Shown: positions 40,340-54,625 of the stretch, one piece after another | How the letters are laid out: each line of letters starts with the position of its first letter | Position numbering within the stretch: the first letter of the stretch is position 1 | DNA from: Paragordius varius | Lineage: Eukaryota > Animalia > Nematomorpha | DNA length: 64,000 bases | Assembly (NCBI GenBank): GCA_964247055.1 | Contig: OZ176056.1 | Location: 2,046,001 to 2,110,000 of the forward strand | Direction of reading: 5' to 3' | Program-made: the position numbers and the translations under genes | The notes under the pieces: generated by a model | What the model saw: only the letters and a program-made list of their open reading frames with translations | What the model was told of the DNA's origin: nothing | Database searches by the model: none

Positions 40340-40620
40340 CATTAGTTTATAAAATTAAAAATCTTAAGGAATTGCCGGAACCAGTTTACCAAAAAAAACA
40401 TTCTTTGTGGGAGATTTTAATAAGATTTGGTCTTCGCATGATATCAATTTAAAAACCAATAGCAGATCTAGAATCCCTCACATTAATATTGAAAGCTGGA
40501 CATACATGACCAACGATTAATACCTTTAGAAACTTCTCCAAACAAATATGTTAGACAAAGTCAACGCTACTATTTTGAAAATTAATTCTGAAATGCCTCT
40601 AATTGGCCAAAAACTCTCCT
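40340..40620 (+). mobile_element. Possible LINE AP-endonuclease remnant
   Basis: Short frame reading FFVGDFNKIWSSHD (GDFN motif) at ~40401. This is a single motif only. Confidence 0.3.
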
Positions 40621-41856
40621 ATATACTGACAAATTATAAAATAAAAAATTTTTTTTTATAAAATTCAATGGTAAACATTCTTATCACATCGGAATTTGAA
40701 ATAAACGTTTGTTTGCTTCCAATATTGTTTTGTAAAAATATATATGCAACTTAAACTTAAACAAACTATTTTTTAATCGAAATTCTAGGATGATATGTTA
40801 AGCATTATTAATAATATAAAAAAGTCTTTTTATAAATTTTCAAAGCGTATATTTAAACTGCGTTCGTCCTGTATGTTTGAAAATGGCATGCAATACGTTT
40901 TCCACAATATTTTGCCAAATTAGTTTTAAAACATTTTTCTTAAAACAAATTTTTTTAATGTCATAGGTGTTCAATATTTTTGTCACGCAATCTCGGCATG
41001 TTCCGTTATTTTAGGGGAACTATTTATTTTAGGATCCGTTCGTCCGTTTTTCACAACCTAATGGTAAGACCCAAAACAAAAGCAACATAGAATTTTTATC
41101 ATTTTTTTATCAGAATAAATATAATTGGGTACTTTTTCATACCACCCCCAAATTTGTGGACCTTTAAACTTTTTATTTACGATTTTACAATAAAAATTAT
41201 TTACAGATAAAACAAAAATTAAAAGACAAATAAGTATTTAATAAGATAAGCAAATCTTTTAAAACTAGATAATTCCTGAATAAACTAGAAATATTTTTAA
41301 GTATATAATATGATAGTGTCAGAACTTAAAAACGGTGATTATATAACACATGGTTAAGAAATATGGTAATCTTTTTAAAACTTATATGTTTTTAGTTTTT
41401 ATGTTTTGTCCACTGTATAATTTTAATTTTTAAAAATTTTTTATTTTTGAAATATGCCAATAACTTTTAATTTGGTTAAAAAATTGAAGGTAGTATACGA
41501 AATCGCTGTCTGTCCTAATTGATTTATATCAAAATATATAACATATATAATTAAAAAAATAACCATACAATGTTTAAATATTACATACGATTAAAATTAT
41601 TTATTTTTTATTTTGTAAGGTATTATGACCCCATTTTTGGGGTTATATATGTATTATTTAATAAAACATTAATAAATAATGGATTAAAATAAATGTAATG
41701 GCTGCATTCTTTTGTATTGGAATCAAGACGTGGAGAATAAGATATGTGAAAAAAATAAGAGTGAGAAAGGCAAATTGAAATCGTATGAAAAATGTGGTAA
41801 TGCTATTAAGATGTTTTTGATGTATCGATAAAAGACCATCTGGCCTAATCTTTTAT

Positions 41857-44800
41857 ATCCACTCGTCATCGAAGCCCGCGATTCAGTAACAAGATATATA
41901 GTGTTTTAGTTGTTAACGAGTTGAGAATTGATTGAAAACAGATTTTGCCGGACGGTTTATTGTAAGATTTGGCTAACTTGAGTTTACTGTAAAGGACTAA
42001 ACAGATTAACGTATTATTGTGTACATCCACTCATCACCGAAGCCCCAATTCAGTAACAAGATAGATGGTGTTTTGGTTGTTAACGAGTTTTGAATTGATT
42101 GAAAACAGATTTTGCCGGACGGTTTATTGTAAGATTTGGCTAACTTGAGTTTACTGTAAAGGACTAAACAGATTAAAGTATTATTGTGTACATCCACTCA
42201 TCACCGAAGCCCCAATTCAGTAACAAGATAGACGGTGTTTTGGTTGTTAACGTGTTGAGAATTGATTGAAAACAGATTTTGCCGGACGGTTTATTGTAAA
42301 GACTGGCTAACTTGAGTTTACTGTAAAGGACTAAACAGATTAATGTATTATTGTGTACATCCACTCATCACCGAAGCCGCCATTCAGTAACAAGATAGAT
42401 GGTGTTTTAGTTGTTAACGAGTTGAGAATTGATTGAAAACAGATTTTGCCGGACGGTTTACTGTAAAGACTTGGCTAACTTGACTCTACTGTAAAGAACT
42501 AAATAGATTAAAGTATTATTGTGTACATCCACTCATCACCGAAGCCCCAATTCAGTAACAAGATAGACGGTGTTTTGGTTGTTAACGATTTGAGAATTGA
42601 TTGAAAACAGATTTTGCCGGACGGTTTATTGTAAGATTTGGCTAACTTGAGTTTACTCTAAAGGACTAAACAGATTAAAGTATTATTGTGTACATCCACT
42701 CATCACCGAAGCCCCAATTCAGTAACAAGATAGATGGTGTTTTAGTTGTTAACAAGTTGAGAATTGATTGAAAACAGATTTTGCCGGACGGTTTATTGTA
42801 AGATTTGGCTAACTTGAGTTTATTGTAAAGGACTAAACAGATTAAAGTATTATTGTGTACATCCACTCATCACCGAAGCCCCAATTCAGTAACAAGATAG
42901 ACGGCCTTTTTGGTTGTTAACGAGTTGAGAATTGATTGAAAACAGATTTTGCCGGACGGTTTATTGTAAGATTTGGCTAACTTGAGTTTACCGTAAATGA
43001 ATAAATAGATAAGTTATTTTTGCATCCACTCATCACCGAAGCCCCAATTCAGTAACAGGATAGATGGTGTTTTAGTTGTTAACGAGTTGAGAATTGATTG
43101 AAAACATATTTTGCCGGACGGTTTATTGTATGATTTGGCTAACTTGAGTTTACTGTAAAGGACTAAACAGATTAAAGTATTATTGTGTACATCCACTCAT
43201 CACCGAAGCCCCAATTCAGTAACAAGATAGACGGTGTTTTGGTTGTTAACAAGTTGAGAATTGATTGAAAAGAGATTTTGCCGGACGGTTTATTGTAAGA
43301 TTTGGCTAACTTGAGTTTACTGTAAAGGACTAAACAGATTAAAGTATTATTGTGTACATCCACTCATCACCGAAGCCCCAATTCAGTAACAAGATAGACG
43401 GTGTTTTGGTTGTTAACGATTTGAGAATTGATTGAAAACAGATTTTGCCGGACGGTTTATTGTAAGATTTGGCTAACTTGAGTTTACTCTAAAGGACTAA
43501 ACAGATTAAAGTATTATTGTGTACATCCACTCATCACCGAAGCCCCAATTCAGTAACAAGATAGATGGTGTTTTAGTTGTTAACAAGTTGAGAATTGATT
43601 GAAAACAGATTTTGCCGGACGGTTTATTGTAAGATTTGGCTAACTTGAGTTTACTGTAAAGGACTAAACAGATTAAAGTATTATTGTGTACATCCACTCA
43701 TCACCGAAGCCCCAATTCAGTAACAAGATAGACGGCCTTTTTGGTTGTTAACGAGTTGAGAATTGATTGAAAACAGATTTTGCCGGACGGTTTATTGTAA
43801 GATTTGGCTAACTTGAGTTTACCGTAAATGAATAAATAGATAAGTTATTTTTGCATCCACTCATCACCGAAGCCCCAATTCAGTAACAAGATAGACGGTG
43901 TTTTGGTTGTTAACGATTTGAGAATTGATTGAAAACAGATTTTGCCGGACGGTTTATTGTAAGATTTGGCTAACTTGAGTTTACTCTAAAGGACTAAACA
44001 GATTAAAGTATTATTGTGTACATCCACTCATCACCGAAGCCCCAATTCAGTAACAAGATAGACGGTGTTTTGGTTGTTAACAAGTTGAGAATTGATTGAA
44101 AAGAGATTTTGCCGGACGGTTTATTGTAAGATTTGGCTAACTTGAGTTTACTGTAAAGGACTAAACAGATTAAAGTATTATTGTGTACATCCACTCATCA
44201 CCGAAGCCCCAATTCAGTAACAAGATAGACGGTGTTTTTGTTTTTAACGAGTTGAGAATTGATTGAAAACAGATTTTGCCGGACGGTTTATTGTAAAGAC
44301 TTGGCTAACTTGAGTTTACTATAAAGCACTAAACAGATTAAAGTAATATTGTGTACATCCACTCATCACCGAAGCCGCCATTCAGTAACAAGATAGATGG
44401 TGTTTTGGTTGTTAACGAGTTGAGAATCGATTGAAAACAGATTTTGCCGGACGGTTTATTGTAAGATTTGTATAATTTGAGTTTACTGAAAGGACTAAAC
44501 AGATTAAGTTATTTTGTGCTTCCACTCATCACCGAACCCCGCAATCTAGTAACAAGATAGATGGTGTTTTAGTTGTTAACAAGTTGAGAATTGATTGAAA
44601 ACAGATTTTGCCGGACGGTTTATTGTAAGATTTGGCAAACTTGAGTTTACTGTAAAGGACTAAACAGATTAAAGTATTATTGTGTACATCCACTCATCAC
44701 CGAAGCCCCAATTCAGTAACAAGATAGACGGTGTTTTGGTTGTTAACAAGTTGAGAATTGATTGAAAAGAGATTTTGCCGGACGGTTTATTGTAAGATTT

Positions 44801-47800
44801 GGCTAACTTGAGTTTACTGTAAAGGACTAAACAGATTAAAGTATTATTGTGTACATCCACTCATCACCGAAGCCCCAATTCAGTAACAAGATAGACGGTG
44901 TTTTTGTTGTTAACGAGTTGAGAATTGATTGAAAACAGATTTTGCCGGACGGTTTATTGTAAAGACTTGGCTAACTTGAGTTTACTGTAAAGGACTAAAC
45001 AGATTAAAGTATTATTGTGTACATCCACTCATCACCGAAGCCCCAATTCAGTAACAAGATAGACGGTGTTTTGGTTGTTAACGATTTGAGAATTGATTGA
45101 AAACAGATTTTGCCGGACGGTTTATTGTAAAGACTTGGCTAACTTGAGTTTACTGTAAAGGCCTAAACAGATTAAAGTATTATTGTGTACATCCACTCAT
45201 CACCGAAGCCCCAATTCAGTAACAAGATAGACGGTATTTTGGTTGTTAACGAGTTGAGAATTGATTGAAAACCTATTTTGCCGGACGGTTTATTGTAAGA
45301 CTTGGCTCACTTGAGTTTACTGTAAAGGACTAAACAGATTAAAGTATTATTGTGTACATCCACTCATCACCGAAGCCCCAATTCAGTAACAAGATAGACG
45401 GTGTTTTGGTTGTTAACGATTTGAGAATTGATTGAAAACAGATTTTGCCGGACGGTTTATTGTAAAGACTTGGTTAACTTGAGTTTACTATAAAGGACTA
45501 AACAGATTAAAGTATTATTGTGTACATCCACTCATCACCGAAGCCGCCATTTAGTAACAAGATAGATGGTGTTTTGGTTGTTAACGAGTTGAGAATTGAT
45601 TGAAAACAGATTTTGCCGGACGGTTTATTGTAAGACTTGGCTCACTTGAGTTTACTGTAAAGGACTAAACAGATTAAAGTATTATTGTGTACATCCACTC
45701 ATCACCGAAGCCCCAATTCAGTAACAAGATAGACGGTGTTTTGGTTGTTAACAAGTTTAGAATTGATTGAAAAGAGATTTTGCCGGACGGTTTATTGTAA
45801 GATTTGGCTAACTTGAGTTTACTGTAAAGGACTAAACAGATTAAAGTATTATTGTGTACATCCACTCATCACCGAAGCCCCAATTCAGTAACAAGATAGA
45901 CGGTGTTTTGGTTGTTAACGATTTGAGAATTGATTGAAAACAGATTTTGCCGGACGGTTTATTGTAAAGACTTGGCTAACTTGAGTTTACTGTAAAGGCC
46001 TAAACAGATTAAAGTATTATTGTGTACATCCACTCATCACCGAAGCCCCAATTCAGTAACAAGATAGACGGTATTTTGGTTGTTAACGAGTTGAGAATTA
46101 ATTGAAAACCTATTTTGCCGGACGGTTTATTGTAAGACTTGGCTCACTTGAGTTTACTGTAAAGGACTAAACAGATTAAAGTATTATTGTGTACATCCAC
46201 TCATCACCGAAGCCCCAATTCAGTAACAAGATAGACGGTGTTTTGGTTGTTAACGATTTGAGAATTGATTGAAAACAGATTTTGCCGGACGGTTTATTGT
46301 AAAGACTTGGCTAACTTGAGTTTACTGTAAAGGCCTAAACAGATTAAAGTATTATTGTGTACATCCACTCATCACCGAAGCCCCAATTCAGTAACAAGAT
46401 AGACGGTATTTTGGTTGTTAACGAGTTGAGAATTGATTGAAAACCTATTTTGCCGGACGGTTTATTGTAAGACTTGGCTCACTTGAGTTTACTGTAAAGG
46501 ACTAAACAGATTAAAGTATTATTGTATACATCCACTCATCACCGAAGCCCCAATTCAGTAACAAGATAGACGGTGTTTTGGTTGTTAACAAGTTGAGAAT
46601 TGATTGAAAACAGATTTTGCCGGACGGTTTATTGTAAAGACTTGGTTAACTTGAGTTTACTATAAAGGACTAAACAGATTAAAGTATTATTGTGTACATC
46701 CACTCATCACCGAAGCCGCCATTCAGTAACAAGATAGATGGTGTTTTGGTTGTTAACGAGTTGAGAATTGATTGAAAACAGATTTTGCCGGACGGTTTAT
46801 TGTAAGACTTGGCTCACTTGAGTTTACTGTAAAGGACTAAACAGATTAAAGTATTATTGTGTACATCCACTCATCACCGAAGCCCCAATTCAGTAACAAG
46901 ATAGACGGTGTTTTGGTTGTTAACGATTTGAGAATTGATTGAAAACCTATTTTGCCGGACGGTTTATTGTAAGACTTGGCTCACTTGAGTTTACTGTAAA
47001 GGACTAAACAGATTAAAGTATTATTGTGTACATCCACTCATCACCGAAGCCCCAATCCAGTAACAAGATAGACGGTGTTTTGGTTGTTAACGTGTTGAGA
47101 ATTGATTGAAAACAGATTTTGCCGGACGGTTTATTGTAAAGACTGGCTAACTTGAGTTTACTGTAAAGGACTAAACAGATTAAAGTATTATTGTGTACAT
47201 CCACTCATCACCGAAGCCCCAATTCAGTAACAAGATAGACGGTGTTTTGGTTGTTAACGATTTGAGAATTGATTGAAAACAGATTTTGCCGGACGGTTTA
47301 TTGTAAAGACTTGGCTCACTTGAGTTTACTGTAAAGGCCTAAACAGATTAAAGTATTATTGTGTACATCCACTCATCACCGAAGCCCCAATTCAGTAACA
47401 AGATAGACGGTGTTTTGGTTGTTAACGAGTTGGGAATTGATTGAAAACAGATTTTGCCGGACGGTTTATTGTAAAGACTTGGCTAACTTGAGTTTACTGT
47501 AAAGGACTAAACAGATTAAAGTATTATTGTGTACATCCACTCATCACCGAAGCCCCAATTCAGTAACAAGATAGACGGTGTTTTGGTTGTTAACGAGTTG
47601 AGAATTGATTGAAAACCTATTTTGCCGGACGGTTTATTGTAAAGACTTGGCTAACTTGAGTTTACTGTAAAGGCCTAAACAGATTAAAGTATTATTGTGT
47701 ACATCCACTCATCACCGAAGCCCCAATTCAGTAACAAGATAGACGGTTTTTGGTTGTTAACGAGTTGAGAATTGATTGAAAACCTATTTTGCCGGACGGT

Positions 47801-50800
47801 TTATTGTAAGACTTGGCTCACTTGAGTTTACTGTAAAGGACTAAACAGATTAAAGTATTATTGTGTACATCCACTCATCACCGAAGCCCCAACTCAGTAA
47901 CAAGATAGACGGTGTTTTGGTTGTTAACAAGTTGAGTGATTGAAAACAGATTTTGCCGGACGGTTTATTGTAAAGACTTGGCTAACTTGAGTTTACTGTA
48001 AAGGACTAAACAGATTAAAATATTATTGTGTACATCCACTCATCACCGAAGCCCCAATTCAGTAACAAGATAGACGGTGTTTTGGTTGTTAACGATTTGA
48101 GAATTGATTGAAAACAGATTTTGCCGGACGGTTTATTGTAAAGACTTGGCTCACTTGAGTTTACTGTAAAGGACTAAACAGATTAAAGTATTATTGTGTA
48201 CATCCACTCATCACCGAAGCCGCCATTCAGTAACAAGATAGATGGTGTTTTGGTTGTTAACGAGTTGAGAATTGATTGAAAACAGATTTTGCCGGACGGT
48301 TTATTGTAAGACTTGGCTCACTTGAGTTTACTGTAAAGGACTAAACAGATTAAAGTATTATTGTGTACATCCACTCATCACCGAAGCCCCAATTCAGTAA
48401 CAAGATAGACGGTGTTTTGGTTGTTAACGATTTGAGAATTGATTGAAAACCTATTTTGCCGGACGGTTTATTGTAAGACTTGGCTCACTTGAGTTTACTG
48501 TAAAGGACTAAACAGATTAAAGTATTATTGTGTACATCCACTCATCACCGAAGCCCCAATCCAGTAACAAGATAGACGGTGTTTTGGTTGTTAACGTGTT
48601 GAGAATTGATTGAAAACAGATTTTGCCGGACGGTTTATTGTAAAGACTGGCTAACTTGAGTTTACTGTAAAGGACTAAACAGATTAAAGTATTATTGTGT
48701 ACATCCACTCATCACCGAAGCCCCAATCCAGTAACAAGATAGACGGTGTTTTGGTTGTTAACGAGTTGAGAATTGATTGAAAACCTATTTTGCCGGACGG
48801 TTTATTGTAAAGACTTGGCTAACTTGAGTTTACTGTAAAGGACTAAACAGATTAAAGTATTATTGTGTACATCCACTCATCACCGAAGCCCCAATTCAGT
48901 AACAAGATAGACGGTGTTTTGGTTGTTAACAAGTTGAGAATTGATTGAAAACAGATTTTGCCGGACGGTTTATTGTAAAGACTTGGTTAACTTGAGTTTA
49001 CTATAAAGGACTAAACAGATTAAAGTATTATTGTGTACATCCACTCATCACCGAAGCCGCCATTCAGTAACAAGATAGATGGTGTTTTGGTTGTTAACGA
49101 GTTGAGAATTGATTGAAAACAGATTTTGCCGGACGGTTTATTGTAAGACTTGGCTCACTTGAGTTTACTGTAAAGGACTAAACAGATTAAAGTATTATTG
49201 TGTACATCCACTCATCACCGAAGCCCCAATTCAGTAACAAGATAGACGGTGTTTTGGTTGTTAACGATTTGAGAATTGATTGAAAACCTATTTTGCCGGA
49301 CGGTTTATTGTAAGACTTGGCTCACTTGAGTTTACTGTAAAGGACTAAACAGATTAAAGTATTATTGTGTACATCCACTCATCACCGAAGCCCCAATCCA
49401 GTAACAAGATAGACGGTGTTTTGGTTGTTAACGTGTTGAGAATTGATTGAAAACAGATTTTGCCGGACGGTTTATTGTAAAGACTGGCTAACTTGAGTTT
49501 ACTGTAAAGGACTAAACAGATTAAAGTATTATTGTGTACATCCACTCATCACCGAAGCCCCAATCCAGTAACAAGATAGACGGTGTTTTGGTTGTTAACG
49601 AGTTGAGAATTGATTGAAAACCTATTTTGCCGGACGGTTTATTGTAAAGACTTGGCTAACTTGAGTTTACTGTAAAGGACTAAACAGATTAAAGTATTAT
49701 TGTGTACATCCACTCATCACCGAAGCCCCAATTCAGTAACAAGATAGACGGTGTTTTGGTTGTTAACAAGTTGAGAATTGATTGAAAACAGATTTTGCCG
49801 GACGGTTTATTGTAAAGACTTGGTTAACTTGAGTTTACTATAAAGGACTAAACAGATTAAAGTATTATTGTGTACATCCACTCATCACCGAAGCCGCCAT
49901 TCAGTAACAAGATAGATGGTGTTTTGGTTGTTAACGAGTTGAGAATTGATTGAAAACAGATTTTGCCGGACGGTTTATTGTAAGACTTGGCTCACTTGAG
50001 TTTACTGTAAAGGACTAAACAGATTAAAGTATTATTGTGTACATCCACTCATCACCGAAGCCCCAATTCAGTAACAAGATAGACGGTGTTTTGGTTGTTA
50101 ACGATTTGAGAATTGATTGAAAACCTATTTTGCCGGACGGTTTATTGTAAGACTTGGCTCACTTGAGTTTACTGTAAAGGACTAAACAGATTAAAGTATT
50201 ATTGTGTACATCCACTCATCACCGAAGCCCCAATCCAGTAACAAGATAGACGGTGTTTTGGTTGTTAACGTGTTGAGAATTGATTGAAAACAGATTTTGC
50301 CGGACGGTTTATTGTAAAGACTGGCTAACTTGAGTTTACTGTAAAGGACTAAACAGATTAAAGTATTATTGTGTACATCCACTCATCACCGAAGCCCCAA
50401 TTCAGTAACAAGATAGACGGTGTTTTGGTTGTTAACGATTTGAGAATTGATTGAAAACAGATTTTGCAGGACGGTTTATTGTAAAGACTTGGCTAACTTG
50501 AGTTTACTGTAAAGGCCTAAACAGATTAAAGTATTATTGTGTACATCCACTCATCACCGAAGCCCCAATTCAGTAACAAGATAGACGGTGTTTTGGTTGT
50601 TAACGAGTTGGGAATTGATTGAAAACAGATTTTGCCGGACGGTTTATTGTAAAGACTTGGCTAACTTGAGTTTACTGTAAAGGACTAAACAGATTAAAGT
50701 ATTATTGTGTACATCCACTCATCACCGAAGCCCCAATTCAGTAACAAGATAGACGGTGTTTTGGTTGTTAACGAGTTGAGAATTGATTGAAAACCTATTT

Positions 50801-51575
50801 TGCCGGACGGTTTATTGTAAAGACTTGGCTAACTTGAGTTTACTGTAAAGGCCTAAACAGATTAAAGTATTATTGTGTACATCCACTCATCACCGAAGCC
50901 CCAATTCAGTAACAAGATAGACGGTTTTTGGTTGTTAACGAGTTGAGAATTGATTGAAAACCTATTTTGCCGGACGGTTTATTGTAAGACTTGGCTCACT
51001 TGAGTTTACTGTAAAGGACTAAACAGATTAAAGTATTATTGTGTACATCCACTCATCACCGAAGCCCCAACTCAGTAACAAGATAGACGGTGTTTTGGTT
51101 GTTAACAAGTTGAGTGATTGAAAACAGATTTTGCCGGACGGTTTATTGTAAAGACTTGGCTAACTTGAGTTTACTGTAAAGGACTAAACAGATTAAAATA
51201 TTATTGTGTACATCCACTCATCACCGAAGCCCCAATTCAGTAACAAGATAGACGGTGTTTTGGTTGTTAACGAGTTGAGAATTGATTGAAAACCTATTTT
51301 GCCGGACGGTTTATTGTAAAGACTTGGCTAACTTGAGTTTACTGTAAAGGACTAAACAGATTAAAGTATTATTGTGTACATCCACTCATCACCGAAGCCC
51401 CAATACAAGATAGATGGTGTTTTGGTTGTTAGAATTGATTGAAAACAGATTTTGCCGGACGGTTTATTGTAAAGACTTGGCTAACTTGAGTTTACTGTAA
51501 AGGCCTAAACAGATTAAAGTATTGTTGTGTACATCCACTCATCACCGAACCAACCGATTTTCAAAACAAGAGAAG
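41857..51575. repeat. Satellite array 2, same 167-bp family and orientation, ~58 monomers, both ends visible
   Basis: Degenerate first monomer at ~41857. Ends at ...ccactcatcaccgaac|caaccgattttcaaaacaag (~51550), the same junction as array 1. Confidence 0.98.
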
Positions 51576-52062
51576 GATGTAGGGTTTATGTATTCTATTT
51601 GTGTGTTATTATTTAAAAAACATTAACTTTAATAAAATGATTGTTGCTTAAATTATATATGCTCATGTTTTAAGCATTTTGTACAATAACGAGAAAAAGC
51701 TATTTCACAAATATTAATATTACAAACACAACATGGAAAAATTGAAAAATCATTTTTTAAAAGACTACTCTACTTATTCATAAATTATGATTCCCATAAT
51801 TATAAAAATAAGCTAAACCAATTTACATCTCTAATCCCCATTTCACAACCCAAAGAGTTAAATAAAAAAAACAAAAAAAGGAAATGGTTATTTTTAATTT
51901 TTGCATGTTGTCTGTGTAAGTTAAATTACTGTAAGTTTCATACAAAAATTAGCGAAAATTTGAAAATATTAAAGATAACTTATAAGAAAATCGACTTTTT
52001 ATAGGATATCCACCTAGTGTGTAGGTCTCATATTTCTTCAAACCAATTTAAGTTTTGATATA

Positions 52063-52182
52063 AACCGACATCCACAATCTGCTTGCAATTTACTCGTATA
52101 AGACAACCTAATCTTGTTACTGAAAAATGGCGACTTTGGTAATCAGTGGATGTAAAACACAATAATACGATAATCTGTGTAG
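52063..52182 (-). repeat. Isolated inverted satellite monomer (copy 2)
   Basis: atcttgttactgaaaaatggcgactttggtaatcagtggatgtaaaacacaataatac, homologous to 8400-8535. Confidence 0.8.
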
Positions 52183-52592
52183 ACCGTTACAGTAAAATCA
52201 AGTTAGATTCCTATCCGTAGGTTAGTGATAATAAATAATTTGATATTGATTAATGTATTACAACAAGTCATCTCCTAATTTTTCTCAATTGAATTGGGGT
52301 CCATAAAATAAATCACGGGTAGATATTGAAACATCGGAGAGAGATCTTTTATCAACAAAAGCGTAATGTAGAATATTAAGCAAATAAAACCCCAACTCGA
52401 TCAGGTATATATTTATATCTATTAGCCATAATAACTAAAATTTATTTGTACTTTCCAGGATATACTATAGATAGATTATTAAAAAAGGGGGTTAATCTGT
52501 AAATCAAACATATCACATCGTAATTTAAACTATCGCCCGATAACCCATATTTATTTTAATTATATCGTTTTTTTTTAAATTTAGTTTCATGA

Positions 52593-53714
52593 TTAGCAGC
52601 GATTCGTTTGAACGTAAACACGATGGGAACTTGCTTCTGTGGATGCGGCATCTTGATCTATAAAGACTGGTCTAACCACAATCTCGTATTCCGTATCGGG
52701 CAAAACATATGGGAAGCGATAATTATCAGAAACCGCCTAAAAAAAGAAATGCACACATTAGTTATTATACAAATACATAAAATTTTTGGGTCATACGATA
52801 TATACATATAAGAGAAATTTTAATACAGTAAAAATTGATGCTTATACAGACAGAACATCTCTCAAAATATTTTACAGTAAAAATTGAAATTACAGTAAAA
52901 ATATAAAGACATATACTTTTTCAAGATAATCATACTATAAACCATTTACAGAAATTATTTTATTACAATTGGAAAATAACATAATTAATCGTATTACCAA
53001 AATAGATTTTTATTTCATACTCTGAAATTACAAAACTATGAATAATATTTAAAAATACGTTTTATAAATTACAGCAGACTTTAAAAAAATATTTGTCTTT
53101 ATATTTTTACGTTCGTCCGTATAATTTCATGATTTACTGTAAAAAAAGCAAAATTATATAATATAAATTTAGACAACTAGTTATAAAACGTACTCGTCTG
53201 CCTTTATATAATGATTCAAATATATGACTCCTAATAACCATATACACATTGTGATAAAGTCTTATATTTCATCGTTTAAAACCGAAGATATTTATAGTTT
53301 CAGATTTTGGGTAAAAAAGCTTGTCATAAATTTAAAATTATTAAAAATCTATCAAAAATATACCGAAATAAATCCTCTTCTAGCAGGTAAATCTTTCCCT
53401 GGGCTACTCAAAAAAATGTCTAGGCCACGGATGTCTTTTGCTTTTTCAGGATAATTAATTAAGGGGTTGGCAAGAAAAACTAATAAATCTAGAGAATTTG
53501 TATTTCCAGCGGTTGTGCCATTTTTCAGGGATACGCCTTTTATTTTGACCACCCATCTTGACAAATCTATATATAACGTTAAAAAGATGTTTTTAAAAAA
53601 ATATGCGTAAAATTACAAAATTTAATGTATATTACCTTCCTGATTAAGAACATATTGTCCCGCATTGTTAAGACTAACTACACCATATATCAAAGCTTGT
53701 TTAAAATCAATCAA
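52593..53714 (-). CDS. Exons of unidentified gene Y (copy 2); 5' part missing; weak resemblance to DEG/ENaC extracellular domain
   Basis: Exon ~53714-53636 (...QALIYGVVSLNNAGQYVLNQE, phase 1 out). Exon 53364-53566 (DLSRWVV...AGNTNSLDLLVFL...RGLDIFLSSPGKDLPARRGFIS, phase 1->0). Exon 52593-52736 (phase 0, AVSDNYRFPYVLPDTEYEIVVRPVF...RC*). The phases are compatible. Confidence 0.5.
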
Positions 53715-54072
53715 ACATCAATCTAATTACAACCGTTTATACATTAAAAACGATGTAAAATTTTGTGAAAACCAAACCTTAACTTTTTAATATTATTATT
53801 GCTTTATTTAAAATTATATGACGCGTTCAATTGTTTTTAAAAGATCAGATAACTGAGAAACTATTTATTCCAATTACAAATTGAAGTTTTCAGGAATCAG
53901 TAAAAGTAAGAAAATGTATAAAATTCCATTTTATATATACTTATAATAAATTTAATGGCCTTAAATACATAAATTTAAATATAATTAAGCAAATATTTAA
54001 TACTTTAAATCTTTATTTAATAAAAAAAATCCTAAAAATTGATCTTAGGTAAAATAAATTAACATATAATAC

Positions 54073-54466
54073 TTGAAATTTTTCAGCAATATGTTTATCC
54101 AACCATTCGGTATCAAAATTATTTTTTTGAAAACTTTCTGTTTCCAACAAAGTTATAAGGTATTCAACAGTAGTTCTAAAATCACCCTTAATCGATAACT
54201 CTTTAAGGCCAACAACCAAATTCCTAAATTAATTAAGAATTAAGCGAAACAAACTGTAAATTATTCGAAATTAAATTGGAAATGTACTAAATTTGTAAAA
54301 AAAATTATTTAATAAATTAAAATTTTTTAAAAATAATACCCGGAAAATGTAATTCAAAAATTATATTTAACACCCCAAAATAACATATTTTTTAAAAAGT
54401 TTATGAAAGATTAATATTATTGTTAAACTTTGACTCAAAAATCCGAAATCTAATATATGACTAATA

Positions 54467-54525
<59 letters not shown>

Positions 54526-54593
54526 TAGAAATAAAGTTCAATAAATATATAGAAAAGTCAACATTATATTTTACAAAAACCAAAAAATTTAAA

Positions 54594-54625
<32 letters not shown>

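Noticed and set aside
41012-41070. Plus-strand exon candidate (DPFVRFSQPN) with a GTAAGA donor
   Set aside because: Single isolated candidate with no partner exons found.
53190-53256. Signal-peptide-like exon MCIWLLGVIYLNHYIKAD
   Set aside because: Phase 2 exit does not match the next exon, and it is frameshifted in copy 1; cannot be supported.
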